64,000 bases of DNA from Octopus sinensis (Eukaryota): positions 125,674,001 through 125,738,000 of the forward strand of contig NC_042999.1 in NCBI RefSeq assembly GCF_006345805.1, in the 5' to 3' direction. The translations under genes were made by a program, and so were the position numbers. Of the stretch, positions 1 through 14,100 are shown piece after piece (the stretch's first letter is position 1; each line of letters starts with the position of its first letter). Below the pieces are notes generated by a model. That model searched no databases. It saw only the letters and a list, made by a program, of their open reading frames with translations, and was not told where the DNA came from.

Positions 1-710
1 CAATCCAAACTTTTTCAAACATAACTTGTTTGAAATTTAAAAGAAAGGTACTAACACCAAAACTAACTTGAACTTCTACCTGACCTATACAATGTAGTGT
101 GATAAATCAAACCAGTATTATCAATAAACATTCTTTGGTAAACAGTAAAACAGAATACAACTAACTTTATAAACAAATAACCCTGATTAGGCACAGCACA
201 ACACAAACTGAGACCCAAATATGATATATTTATTTTTTTCTTTTACATTCACACCTGATTAAAACCTAAACAACAAAATTCATCTACCAAACCGGTGTAA
301 CTTCCTCCACAGTGCTTTTCTCTCAGTAATCATCCTGCAAACACTTTTCAAACTTTATGTCTCCATCCTCCTTCCATCAAAAAGAACCACTTACCCTGTC
401 TACTTCCATCACACTACTTCTCAATCACATCACTCCACCTGTTATAAGAACACTCTCCCACAAACTATATAAAGCAAGAAAGAAGCAATGTAAACCACAG
501 TCTGATGAAAGCTTATACAATGAAACTTCAAAGACACTGGCAACCTTTTCCATCTACAAATAAACTAATATACCCTATTTAAAATGTACTGTATAACCAT
601 TCAATTAATGTCAAAACATTTTATGTATAATTTGAAATAAAAACAAATATACACATATACATGTACACACACAAACAACTGCAAATAGAGACATATATAT
701 GCAAATACAC

Positions 711-795
<85 letters not shown>

Positions 796-1163
796 TACAT
801 ATACATGTATAAGTGTGTGAGTGATAAACATTGCAAAATGACCTGTAACTACATCAAGAGCAGATTTGACTTCGATGTACCTTCTCTTACACCTTTCCCA
901 CCAAAGGATTGCTATAAGATTTGTAAGAAGCATATCTGCAGACACTAGGATGGTTGTTGACTCATATGAATTCATCCACCCTTCAGTAGGCCTTCCTTTT
1001 TATCCTGCAGGATGTCCAAAAACCACCCTCAGCACCAAGCAGATATGACTATGCAATAAGTTGTAAAATATTACATGTTACTAGTAGCACTCAAGAGTAA
1101 CCTGACAAATATATACACACCATATCTATGTATACACGTGCGCGTGCACACACACACACACAC

Positions 1164-1204
<41 letters not shown>

Positions 1205-1213
1205 TACACTTAT

Positions 1214-1600
1214 GTGGCTGTGTGGTAAGAAGTTTGCTTCCTAATCACATGGTTTGGGTTCAGTCCCACTGTGTGATACTTAGAGCATGTCTTCTACACC
1301 AATCCACAGGCCAACCAAAGCCTTGTGAGTAGATTTGGTAGACAGAAACTGAAAGAAGCCTGTCATATATGTATATGTAAGAGTGTGTGTGTGTGTGTGC
1401 TGGTTCCCAACCACCCCTTGACTACGAATCTTGGTTGGTTTATGTCCCTTATAACTGAGAGGATTAACAGAAGAAACTGAAAAAATAAGTACCAGGCTAA
1501 TTAAAAAAAAAGTACTGGGGTCAATTTGTTCAACTAAATCCTTCAAGGCAGGGCTTGAGCATGATTGCAGTTCAATGATTGAAACATGCAAAAATATAGA
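1214..1600 (+). mobile_element. tRNA-derived SINE, family A (tRNA-like head, CORE-like segment, internal microsatellite, 3' body), diverged copy
   Basis: A-box-like TGGCTGTGTGGTAAG and B-box-like GGTTCAGTCCC. Collinear with the copy at 31255-31662. Confidence 0.75.
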
Positions 1601-1619
1601 TACAAATACACACACACAC

Positions 1620-1675
<56 letters not shown>

Positions 1676-2739
1676 AACATACATTCAAACATGTTTATAT
1701 ATATATAGAAAAATATGTTGATATATAAATTAAGTTGCATAAAATAGTGCTGAATAAAATATATACATGAACAATGATATTTAGCATATTTGTGTACACT
1801 CAAATGTGCTAGGATCTTTCACTGCAGAAATAGTTTTAAAAGAAATAATTCCTCTGAGACAACATATGTGAAAACACTTTGAGCTATGATTGGATCATGG
1901 GTTGACACCCTATCAGAATGATAGTTTTGATATATAAGAACAGCAAAGAGTAAATTTGCTGGCATGCAATAAGTAAGCTTGGTTAAACTGGAATTAATTA
2001 AACAGAGTTGCACAAAGCTTTGTTGAATAGAACATATGCATGTACAATAATATTTAACACATTCGCGTAAACTCAAACATCAACAACAATACAACCACCA
2101 TCAATACTAAAATAAATACAATCACCACCGTTACCAACACATTAACAGGAACAATAGTATGAACAAGACGAGCAAATCCATCCAAAGTATAAGACGATCT
2201 CATGAGATAATGGGGTACCCTATTGTATTTTAGAAATTGAATGAAATGTCCTTAATGTTAGGTCAGTTAAGATTGACTTGTGACTAAACAGCAACAACAA
2301 TATCATTAACAAGAACAATATGACCACTATAAACAACAATAACTTCACTATCACTAATACTGAAACCAATACAACATCACCACCACTAACCCACCAACTT
2401 TTGATTAACCAAGAAGCAACAACAAAAAAAAAGATATCACCATGAAAACAATGTCTATTGCTACATATATAGTATGTCAACAGAAAAGTGTGTGTATGAA
2501 TTGTGTAGGGATTTTATAGTTCAAGCCAGAGGTATATATAGCAAATTGTCCAAGGACCTAGTAACTTTTAATCGTATAGTACTTCCTACCACCTCACTCT
2601 TTCACCTTTTCCTCTCATTTCCATTTACAATTTGTTGCTGTCACAAAATTCTTTCTGGGTACTATTTTTTTTTTACAATATATTTGTTGTGGATAACTGT
2701 TGATCACAACTGCTGTTGGATTTACCTACAATTTAAAAT

Positions 2740-3790
2740 ATCTGGAAAGAAGCCATCAAGTGAAACTGAAGGTAGTTGTTCATATAGGAACCATAAAAAG
2801 ATAACATTGGTACTGAAACATGATATTTTAAAATGGCTCTATACAGGAGAAAAAAAAATCAACCACATTGCCAGAACATTAGAGCTTGCAACATCAATAG
2901 TGGAAGAATAAATGACAAGAGAAAGTAAATTAAGTCAAGTGCTCAGTAAGTTACTCAGTTAACAGTTCAGAGTTTTAATTTTTTTATACATCTAATGCTT
3001 GCTTAAAATTGAGAGGCTTTTGGGTGTATGGTTCAGACTCAACATAATATGCCAATAAGCATGATGGTAATTGTTTGTATGACAATTAGAATAAAGAGGA
3101 AGATGAAACTTCAAATGAAAAACTTTTTCTGGTTAGTAAAGGCTAGGTTGAAAGGTTTAAGGAGCACTTGATTTTGAACAATACAAAAGTGACTGTTGAA
3201 GCTGCCAGTGTTGATACAGTGGCTACTGCTAATTATCCTGAGCAGCTGAATAGAATGATTATTAAAAGGTGGTTGATGAAACTGCATTTTTCTCAAAGTT
3301 CATGCCTGCTAGAACCAGGATTTAATGCGCCCAAAAATCACCTGACATGTTTTCTGGGAGGAAATATCACAGGCGAAATGAGATTAAATCTATTTGAGTA
3401 TCACTCTGAAAATCTAATGGTTTTGTAGTAATACACCAAGTCTAATTTACTTTTTATTTGGCATTCCAAACATTTTTGTCCTGCAGTAGAAAAGAAAGTC
3501 AGACAAAATATTTCCAATGAAGCACTGCACTTTTTAAACAATGTACCAAGCCACCCAGTGAACTTAAATGAGCTTTACATTAATGTGAGAGTGAAATATA
3601 TCCCCATATGTACTTCTTTGATCCAGCCAATGGATCAAGGTGTGATAACCAATTGCAATGCATATTATCGAGAGACTTTCAAACAACTTATGAAAGCAGT
3701 TGAGAAGGTGGACAACTTACAAAAATAATGGATACTGACGATAACATAGCTGAGTCATAAGATGAAGTGAAACTCTCAAATAGTACTCAG
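2740..3790 (+). mobile_element. Degenerate pogo/Tigger-family DNA transposase
   Basis: Psq-type HTH KKITLVLKHDILKWLYTGEKKINHIARTLELATSIV (end of ORF 2474..2911). VTVEAASVD and PGFNAPKNHLTCFLGGNITGEMRL (ORF 3168..3428). LIQPMDQGVI at ~3618-3650. Multiple stops and frameshifts; TIRs not found. Confidence 0.85.
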
Positions 3791-4879
3791 GAAAATATAA
3801 GGCCAAACTGTATCTGTGACTTTAAAGTTTTCCATTAAAAAAAGTTCACATAAAATTTGGAAAAATACTATGACACTTGTAAATGATGGTGGATTTGAAG
3901 AAGTCATAAAGAATGAAGTGGTTGAGTTGCGAGTGTCTAACAGAAGAAGCTTATAAAATGAGGAGTAGTGAGAACAAGACCAAGCTGAGAATACAGATGA
4001 GAATAGGAAATTTCCATTGACTCACTGAAACTGACTGCAAAGAATATTGCTGAAGAGTAGACACTGACAGTTTCTGCTTATAACAAACTTAATTGTGAAT
4101 GTAACATAAAAATTATAGGAGTTCACAATGAGCTGTAGAAAGAGATGTATCAAGCAATTGTGAGTAAGTTATTTGTTACTCAAGTAAATGTTGATAAACG
4201 ATGAGATAGAAGATAGTGTCCTGCAGTAACTCTCATTTACCCACCACTACCCATAACACAGTGGTTAATATCTTTTGTTGTAAGAATGTACACTAATATT
4301 ACAGCTCCTGTGTATTCTTTAATATATTTCTATTCAAACATTTTTATGTAAACACATTGTACAGTGTATGTTTAGAAATTCTTATTTTCATGCATAAAAG
4401 TGGTCAAGCTGCTTGCTTTTTTTCTTTAAAACTGACACAAATCTTTTTCACTTTATAACATGAAAATCAATGAATTTTGCATTATGACAAGTATTAGAGG
4501 AACACATTACATCTGTAACACATGGTACTCCTGCGTACACACACACACACGTATGTATGTATATATATATTGATAGAAATGGTAAGACAACAAAAGAATT
4601 AAAGAGACCTTGATATTATGTAAACAGAGGAAATTATCTGTAAATGTAATATGTGACAATTATGGCTACCAAATAATTGTCATATATATATTTATCTAGA
4701 AAGAGATTGTGGTTTCAATTCCTGGACTGGGTGATGTGTTGTGTTCTTGAGCAAAACAATTCACTTCAAGTTACTCCAGTCCACTCAGTGAACCATCGAG
4801 GTGGGAAATAGATATACTATGGAAACTGGCCCTATAAGTCTATACGACTCAGGAAAGTTCTTTATCCTATAAGGCATCA

Positions 4880-5058
4880 AAAGACTGGTAGACTTGTTAA
4901 CATGCTGGGCAAGAGGCTTAGCAGTATTTTAATTCCACTGAAGTCAGTTATGCCTTTCATTATTTCAAGATTGATAAAATAAGTACCAGTTGAACACTTG
5001 TGCTGATGTTGACTTCCCACTCAACCAAAATTGCTGGACTTGTGCCAAAATTTGAAAT
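4880..5058 (+). mobile_element. SINE with GCCTTTCAT...GATAAAATAAGTACCAG central domain (Meta-domain-like)
   Basis: Same domain occurs inverted at 59040-59180. Domain name is assigned from memory of MetaSINE consensus sequences. Confidence 0.55.
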
Positions 5059-5366
5059 CTATTTATCTGTATATATATATACACACATATATAAATACAA
5101 AGGCTTATGTGTATGTAGCAAATGAAAGGGGATTGGGGGATCCAGGTGGTTGATACAGTCAGCACTCCTACAGATATCAGCTAACAGAATGTATAAAAAG
5201 GAACAATGCTTAAGTAGAAGCATGTGTGCACAAACCGAAAAATCCAGGAAATTTTCTTCAGTCATAGAGCATAAAAAAATGAGCAAAAGAATGGAGACAC
5301 AACTCATATGTCATTGAAACAGCTGTAACAACAGAATAAATGATACTGGTATATATATATATATAT

Positions 5367-5499
5367 TGGCGTTAGGAAGGGGATCCAGTTGTAGAAACTC
5401 TGCCAGATCAAGATTGGAGCCTGGTGCAGTCATCTGGTTCGCCAGCCCTCAGCCAAAATCATCCAACCCAAGCCAGCATGGAAAGTTGACGTTAACGAT
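5367..5499 (+). mobile_element. 5'-truncated RTE LINE 3' tail inside a (TA)n tract
   Basis: TTGGCGTTAGGAAGGG...AGCATGGAAAG...GACGTTAACGAT is nearly identical to the 3' end of the LINE at 28088-30078. Confidence 0.85.
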
Positions 5500-5510
5500 T
5501 ATATATATAT

Positions 5511-5610
5511 NNNNNNNNNNNNNNNNNNNNNNNNNNNNNNNNNNNNNNNNNNNNNNNNNNNNNNNNNNNNNNNNNNNNNNNNNNNNNNNNNNNNNNNNNN
5601 NNNNNNNNNN
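5511..5610. other. Assembly gap (100 N)
   Basis: Run of N. Confidence 1.
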
Positions 5611-7502
5611 GCGAACGGCCACGATCGGATGGTGTTTGTTATGAGCCCACAGCACAGAGGCATGTTGATGCGGTACTGGCTACGGCCATGTTCGGATGGT
5701 TATCTTGTGTGCCACCGGCCCTGGTACCACAAAGATACAAATTCCATTGATGTTCATCTATTTTGATTTGTTTTGATTTGATCACTTGCCTCAACAGGTC
5801 TTCACAAGTGTCACAAGAAGGAAGGTATGCACAGGCGGACTGACTACGTCCCAGGTAGGGGCCACGGGTTATGGCCTGACTAGTCTTGCCAGGTCTTCAG
5901 ATGGTGTTTTTATGTGCCACCGACACAGGTGCCTGATGAGGCTGGCGAACGGACATGATCGGATGGTGTTTGTTACGTGCCCACAGCAAGGAGGCCAGTC
6001 GATACGGTACTGGCTACGGCCACGTTCGGATGGTTTTCTTGTGTGCCACCGGCACTGGTACCATAAAGATACAAATTCCATTGATGTTCATCTATTTTAT
6101 TTTGATTTTCACTTTCACTTGCCTCAAAAGGTCTTCACAAGTGTCACAAGAAGGAAGGTATGCACAGGTGGACTGACTACGTCCCAGGTTGGGGCCACGG
6201 ATTATGGCCTGACTAGTCTTGCTGGGTCTTCGGATGGTGTTTTTATGTGCCACCGACACAGGTGCCTAGTCTTGCCGGGTCTTCGGATGGTGTTTTTATG
6301 TGCCACCGACACAGGTGCCGGATGAGGCTGGCGAACGGCCACGATCGGATGGTGTTTGTTACGTGCCCACAGCACGGAGGCCAGTCGATGCAGTACTGGC
6401 TACGTCCACGTTCGGATGGTTTTCTTGTGTGCCACAGCACTGGTACCACAAAGATACAAATTCCATTGATATTCATGTATTTCGATTTGTTTTGATTTTT
6501 TTGATTTTTTTTTTTTTTTTTGGATTTTCACTTGTCTCAACAGGTCTTCACAAACACCATCCGAAGACCCGGCAAGACTAGTCAGGCCATAACCCATGGC
6601 CCCTACCTGGGACGTAGTCAGTCCACCTGTGCATACCTTCCTTCTTGTGACACTTGTGAAGACCTGTTGAGGCAAGTGAAAATCAAATCAAAACAAATCA
6701 AAATAGATGAACATCAATGGAATTTGTATCTTTGTGGTACCAGTGCCGGTGGCACACAAGAAAACCATCCGAACGTGGCCGTAGCCAGTACCGCATCGAC
6801 TGGCCTCCGTGCTGTGGGCACGTAACAAACACCACCCATCTGGCACCTGTGTCGGAGACACATAAAAACATCATCCGAAGACCCGGCAAGACTAGTCAGG
6901 CCATAACCCGTGGACCCTACATGGGACGTTGTCAGTTCACCTGTGCATACCTTCCTTCCTTCTTGTGACACTTGTGAAGACCTGTTGAGGCAAGTGAAAA
7001 TCAAATCAAATCAAATCAAAATAGATGAACATCAATGGAATTTGTATCTTTGTGGTACCAGTGCCGGTGGCACGTGGCACACAATAAAACCATCCGAACG
7101 TGGCCGTAGCCAGTACCACATCGACTGGCCTCCGTGCTGTGGGCACGTAAGAAACACCATCCGATCGTGGCCGTTCGTCAGCCTCGTCTGGCACCTGTGT
7201 CGGTGGCACATAAAAACACCATCTGAGCGTGGCCGTTCGCCAGCCTTGTCTGGCACCTGTGTCGGTGGCACATAAAAACATCATCCGAGCGTGGCCGTTC
7301 GCCAGCTCGTCTGGCACCTGTGTCGGTGGCACATAAAATCACCCACTACACTCTCGGAGTGGTTGGCGTTAGGAAGGGCATCCAGCTGTAGAAACACTGC
7401 CAGATCTGACTGGCCTGGTGCAGACTTCGGGCTCCCCAGACCCCAGTTGAACCGTCCAACCCATGCTAGCATGGAGAGCGGACGTTAAATGATGATGATG
7501 AT
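5611..7502. repeat. Head-to-head tandem array of ~320-bp RTE 3'UTR-derived units
   Basis: About three units on the minus strand (5611-6553) and two units plus a complete (GAT)n tail on the plus strand (6554-7502). The marker GCCTCAACAGGTCTTCACAA or its reverse complement recurs near 5788, 6121, 6534, 6654 and 6972. Confidence 0.9.
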
Positions 7503-7520
7503 ATACACACACATATATAA

Positions 7521-7561
<41 letters not shown>

Positions 7562-8304
7562 TATATAAATACATATATATATATATATATTATACATATA
7601 CACATATATAAATACATATATATATATACATATACACATATATGAATACATATATATATATACATATACACATATATGAATACATATATATATATACATA
7701 TACACATATATGAATACATATATATATATATACATATACACATATATGAATACATATATATATATATATACACACACACATGAATACATATATATATATA
7801 CACACACATATATAAATACATATATATATATACACACACATATATAATACATATATATATATACACACACATATAAATACATATATATATATATATATAC
7901 ACACACACATATAAATACATATATATATACACACACATATAAATACATATATATATATATATATACACACACATATAAATACATATATATACACATATAT
8001 AAATACATATATATATATATACACACATATATAAATACATATATATATATATACACACATATATAAATACATATATATACACATACACACATATATAAAT
8101 ACATATATATACACACATATATAAATACATATATATACACACATATATAAATACATATATATATATATATACACACATATATATAAATACATATATATAT
8201 ATATATACACACATATATATATATATATACACACACATATATATATATATATATACACACACATATATAAATATATATATACACACACATATATAAATAC
8301 ATAT

Positions 8305-8368
<64 letters not shown>

Positions 8369-8506
8369 TATACACACATATAAATACATATATACACACA
8401 CACATATAAATACATACATATATATATATCTACATTATATATACAAATACATATAAATATACATACACATATACATACATATATATATATATATATATAC
8501 ATACAT
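7501..8506. repeat. ~1-kb compound (TA)n(CA)n minisatellite, unit approximately ATATATATACACACACATATATAAATAC
   Basis: Read directly from the sequence. Produces the poly-Y/I/C/V pseudo-ORFs. Confidence 0.95.
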
Positions 8507-9179
8507 GAATATAATTTAGAGACAAACCAGTATTAAGCAATTCAATAGTGAACGATGCTATTCACACCATATAGAAAAATTAAATATACTATAAAAAACA
8601 TTATTCTAAAAATCAATGAAGTACATAAACAATAAATAGTAAATGGACTATGCACGTTTCGTGGCTATATCTTCAATAGATAATAATAATAAAATCAATT
8701 CAATTTAAAATTAAATCGATCTAACATTAATTCTATTTCAAAATACAGTCACTCATCAGTTCTAAAATAAAAATAATAAAATAAATGTATGTATCACAAC
8801 TTATAATAATTAAGAAATAAATATTAAAAAATACGTGTTTTAACAATAAATAATCGAATAAATTTAACAATATTACTTCAAATAAAATCATAACTTATTG
8901 AAGAATTTCTGTTAACTAAAATTTTAAACGAAATTCATAGATCTTAGCGTTTATGAGAAATTATCGCGTGAAAACATGGTGTAAATAAAAATTATAGAAT
9001 AAATAAGCCGTGAAAATGACAAAATGTATTTTAGGTGTAAGAATAAGAAAAAAAACTAACTGTAATATGCCATTTACTGGAAAATTTCAAAGCCTAAATA
9101 ATTCAAAACTAAAATACATAAAATTGATTAAATGATGAGCGAAAAATTAAATGTAGACATAAATTAAATTATTTTTTAA

Positions 9180-9210
<31 letters not shown>

Positions 9211-9212
9211 TG

Positions 9213-9430
9213 TGGAGGCGCAATGGCCCAGTGGTTAGGGCAGTGGATTTGCAGTTTCGATTCCCAGACCGGGCGTTGTGAGTGTTTATTGAGCAAAAAC
9301 ACCTAAAGCTCCACAAGGCTCCGGCAGGGGGTGGTGGCGATCCCTGCTGTACTCTTTCGTCGCAACTTTCTCTAACTCTTTCTTCTGTTGGCCTGCTCGC
9401 TTAGCCAGTGGGGTGGAGTCATTTGAAGGC
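9213..9430 (+). mobile_element. tRNA-derived SINE of a different family
   Basis: GGCGCAATGGCCCAGTGGTTAGGG (A box) and GTTTCGATTCCC (B box), followed by a non-tRNA body (TTATTGAGCAAAAACACCTAAAGCTCC...). Confidence 0.65.
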
Positions 9431-10889
9431 TTTTTATTGGGAGTATCAGTTATGCTTTCCTTTTTGTATTATTTCTGGCCCTTCAACTCTTAACTTCATT
9501 ACAGCTCAATAACTGATCTCTTTAACCTTCAATATTTAGCTAACATCAATTTATATTATGTTGACACTAATTATTGCCTAAACTACTTTCATAAGTCCAG
9601 TATACACATTTATTTGTTTATGCCCATGCAGTTTTCCTGTCAATGTGATAACCATTTTCTCTATTTGATTTATCCTATTCTGTTTCTCTTTAAGAATGTA
9701 CCTAAAGATTGTGATTCCTGGTACTGTGATTATGGCTATGTCTATATATTAATCATTTTCTTTTCCTTCTCCTCTGACCCTAAGTTATGTTCCTTGAATT
9801 ATAATTAACTGGATCTCCTTTAATTAAAGTTAAAATTCTTTTAGTTCTGCAATAATTAATTGGAACACTTCAATCAAGATGAATTAGCGAAAAATGGTGG
9901 AATTTATTAACCATGTCACCCTTCATGAACTAAACAATATAACAATAAATGGGTTTTTTTTAGAACAACATCAGCATGTGTCTTAAAATTTTGTTTGATA
10001 GGGTCAAACATCGTACATAATGCTTGCTATCAGCTGGTATACAAATATGCTTTGCTTTTATGAATAGAAATACTTTTTAACTCTAATTTCTAACCTTATT
10101 CTTCTATCCAACCTCCCATAACTGATAGATTGTAGTCCCACCCATTTTACATTTTGTAAATGCTGGTAATTCTGATAAGAAATTTCAATTGATGATCTGT
10201 TGATTAATCAGCATGTCATTGCTTGTTTGTTTATTTATGTATGCCTGATGAGTTGAGAATTGTGTAATGTATTAAATAAGCATATTGACATTGTGCATAC
10301 TGCATACATGTCTGTATTATATTGATGTTCCAATAAAGACTCTTGATGAAACAAGAATAGTAATAAAGCTTAAATGTCACTCACAAGTGACTAGGATATG
10401 ATGTTTTTTCTGAATGTTTTGTGTGCATATGTGTACAAGCAAATACACAGACACCACAGCTGGTGGGAGAGAGAGCTCAGCAGTCTGGTACTCACTTTCA
10501 GTTGAGAAGACTGCAGCCAAATGAAATGAAATGAAATGTCTGGTTCAAGGATACAATGTTCTGTAAGTGGCCAGGAATTGAACTCAGACATTATGTTAAT
10601 GAGGCCAACACATTTACTATGCTGCATGTCTACTGTTAAAATATTGGCCTCTTCATACATCTACTATCTATCCATGAACACATTGTACAAACATTATATT
10701 TACATTTTTTGTAATATAGTGTTGACTTGTAGATACATGTGTTAATAGTATATTATAACAGAATGGAATAATGTTGACACACTGGTAATTTCATGTCCAA
10801 ACTAACTGCCAAAAATATGGTACATACAAAAATTGGTCTTTCCAGTTTGTTTTAACCCCTAATATTAGTGAGTTTATAAACAATATGTT

Positions 10890-11105
10890 CATCATCAACA
10901 TTTAACATCTATGTTCAATGCTATCATGGGTTGAATGGTTTGATAGGACCTGACAAGTCTAAGGACTACATCATGCTCCAATGTCTGCTTTGGCATGATT
11001 TCTAAAGCCGGATGCCCTTCCTAATGCCAACCACATTACAGTGTGCTTTTTACAAGCTACCTGCACTGTAGAGGCCGCCATGCAGCTTTCAAGACTACAA
11101 ACCTA
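10890..11105 (-). mobile_element. Old RTE-type 3' tail fragment
   Basis: CATCATCAACATTTAACATC...GGATGCCCTTCCTAATGCCAACC is the reverse complement of the RTE tail. Confidence 0.7.
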
Positions 11106-14100
11106 GAGAGACAATAGTTGGGTGGGTCAGTTTTATGCTGTGAGATGAGGGGTGAAAGCATGAGAGAATGGGGCATGTACAAAGCAGGTTCTTATAGAAG
11201 AGCTGCATGGTTATTCACATTTAGTAGGTGGGGGGAGAGATAAAGGTTTGTAGGAGCTGCAAAGAGACTGATAGATGAGGTGTCCAGTGACCCACAAGAT
11301 TTAAGTGGGTGGGTGGGTGGTGCTAATGTAAGATGATAAAGAGAGCAGAAGATGAGGGGAGGGGAAAGGCAGTCTGCAGCTGTAAAAGAAGTTGGGTAGA
11401 GTAGAAAGGTAATGACTGATGAGTCACAAATTGGGAGGATAGAAGGATGCAGGAAAGAGTAGGTTAATAAGTAATAATACAGTTGACAGAGAGAAGAAGA
11501 GAGAGATGAGAAGATGAAATTAGGCAACAGGAGCAAGGGGAGAGAGATAAGTATAGTTCATGATGTATAGTTTGGCGCATTGAGGGAGGCGTTTGAATCA
11601 ACATAATGAATGGGTGGAGAGCATGTAATGCACACTGCTTCTAGCACTCAGTTTTGATCAGGTGAACAAGTTTTCTCAAGAACCTTATATTGCCAGACAT
11701 CTCAGTCTATTGTCACTTCCGACATGAGACTCAACATCTTGAGATCAGCCCTCACTACTTTATGCATAAAGAGAGTACACTGTTACTGATGTAATTTCCA
11801 ACAAGAATCAAAATGTTCATGTAGAACTGCTCCCTCTTTTTCTGCACACAAATATATCAAAGCATTATTTACATTCATTGTAACAAATAGTATTGGCTAA
11901 TAAATTTATAAATATGCACTATAGTACATTACAGCAATGATACAAAACACTGTTAACACAACCATAATTAAATATGAAACAATTACAATACCATCTTCCT
12001 CTCTGCATCCAAACACCTCTAATCACAAACAAATAAAAACCATCAATTTCTAAAACAATCTAATCACAATACGTTCCTCCCTGAGGCCAAAATCAAAATT
12101 CTTTACAGTAACAAACAATTTACCATTCTTCCAATAAATAAATAATGCTCTAAATTTCAAACCTATCAGATCAACTAATAACTAATTACAAGCTTACAAA
12201 CTGAGAACAACTAAGTAAACACAATACCACCAATCATTTTCGTTGCATTCTGAAGGATCGAGAGAACATCCTTTTAATGCATCATAAGACAACACACACA
12301 CACGCATGTAAACACACAAATACATTCAATACACACAACATGTAAGCCGGCAACCTGCTTGAAGTGGTAGCAAACACAATCTTTTAAATAAGATCATTAA
12401 TTTCTTTTAATTAAACCTGTGGCACTATATATAGAAAAGGCGGTAAGAAGTTGTGATACATAAAACTTTCTCAAAAACATTTGTAGGGTAAATGAAATTA
12501 GTAGTTTTCAAGGAGGAACTAAAACTAGTTCATAGACTCAGGCAACAAGAAAATTGCCTTTTTCCCTGCAGCAGTTACTACTTGAAATCAACTATTTGTT
12601 CATTGAATTTTTTATAATGAATTCTTAATTTTTGTTTCATTGAGAATTATTTTGAAGTAATAATCTAGAGCTCTTAAATCATAATCTTAATATCTAAATT
12701 AATAAGTGCTCAAAAATTGTTCAACATATCTTTGTCTCTTGGAGTCATAAACAGGAAAGAATATCAAAACTTAAAACTTCTTTATTTATAAGATAGCACA
12801 TTTCAAATTATAAATATGCCATCTGGAAGAAAGGTTTTTTGGACAATCATAAAATGCTACTTTTTCACTGTTACCATGACTACAAGGAACTACTATTCCC
12901 AACTCAGCAACTACAAACCATTCTTGCTGAAAATTACCTGCTGCACTTAACTTTCTTTTTAACTTCCTTGTTTTTCTTTCCCCAAGCAAACATTTTAAGT
13001 AATGCTGTTTTTCCTTCTCAAGAATTACTTCACTGTGGAATGCTAATGTTGTTCATGGGTTCTTGTGATACTTAAGTGTTACATTAATCAGGCTAATGTC
13101 TATTATAATAAAAGAGCCTTTGAAGGCTAAGAATAATTCTTCTCATTTCTTAGACAACCTGATAAAATAAAAACATACTAAAATGGTTAGGCTTGTGCAA
13201 AGCATACAACTTTGTTAAATACCTTTCTTTTCGAATTAATAATTGTAAATTTACTCGATTATTTGATCTAATAAAATCCAATAACTTTATTCCAATATTT
13301 GATATCCACATATAAAGACTTTTTTTAAGAGAACACAAGCTTAATTTCTATCATGTGTTAGGTGAATCTACTCTTAATATACTAATATTTTATCTGCCCT
13401 GGTGTGAAGGTCAAATGGACTCTGAAGACATAAACTAAGTTTAACAAGGTACAAACTAAATACTATAATATACCCAGTTCTTAGACAACTAAGGTAATAA
13501 TAATTTGTATATTTTTCAATAGAACCAAATGCAAAAACAGTTTGTCTCAAATATTTCATTAGCATCAACATAACTATCTGCAAAGGATTGATTCAGAGAA
13601 ATGTGAATTGAAGAAGTACATAGAAGGGTGCCATTAATTAAAACATAAATAATAAAAAATAAAAGAAAGCAAAATGAAGATATGGTTAATTTGTTGTTAA
13701 TTATCACTTGGGTAAAACACTAAGTTTCTTTAGAAACAGAAGGCACTGAAATAAAATGAAATGACTATCACTTGAATTATATGAAAGTGGGAATTGTTCT
13801 TCAATAATCTACAAGCACTAAGACACAAATATACTATGTTCCCATTCTTCTATCATTACTACAACCAACTCTACTTTTCTGAACTTGCCCATCACTTTGC
13901 CACCAATCTACCTGCCTTTTATTGATAAAATATGTAGATCTCTAAAGTGATGTCCTGATTGCAGGAGGAGAAAAAAGTAATATGCTAACAACTATCTGTG
14001 ATTAGATGTCACAAATGACAGGTCATAAATGTATAGAAGAAAGATAACAAGAGAGGTAACTGAGCCCCGAGGTATCCCAAGTTGATAGAGGAAAATTGTG

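Noticed and set aside
5934-5955. Hammerhead-like CTGATGAG...GAAC
   Set aside because: Other copies read CCAGACGAG, the required GAAA is GAAC, and it is antisense to the LINE, so the catalytic core is not conserved.
5786-7332. Cluster of overlapping ORFs such as MCHRHRC... and MPPTQVP...
   Set aside because: By-products of the GC-richer repeated RTE 3'UTR units, open in several frames on both strands.
7369-8502. Long ORFs of 377, 317 and 271 aa
   Set aside because: Translations of a (TA)/(CA) minisatellite (poly Y/I/C/V), which lacks stop codons by composition.
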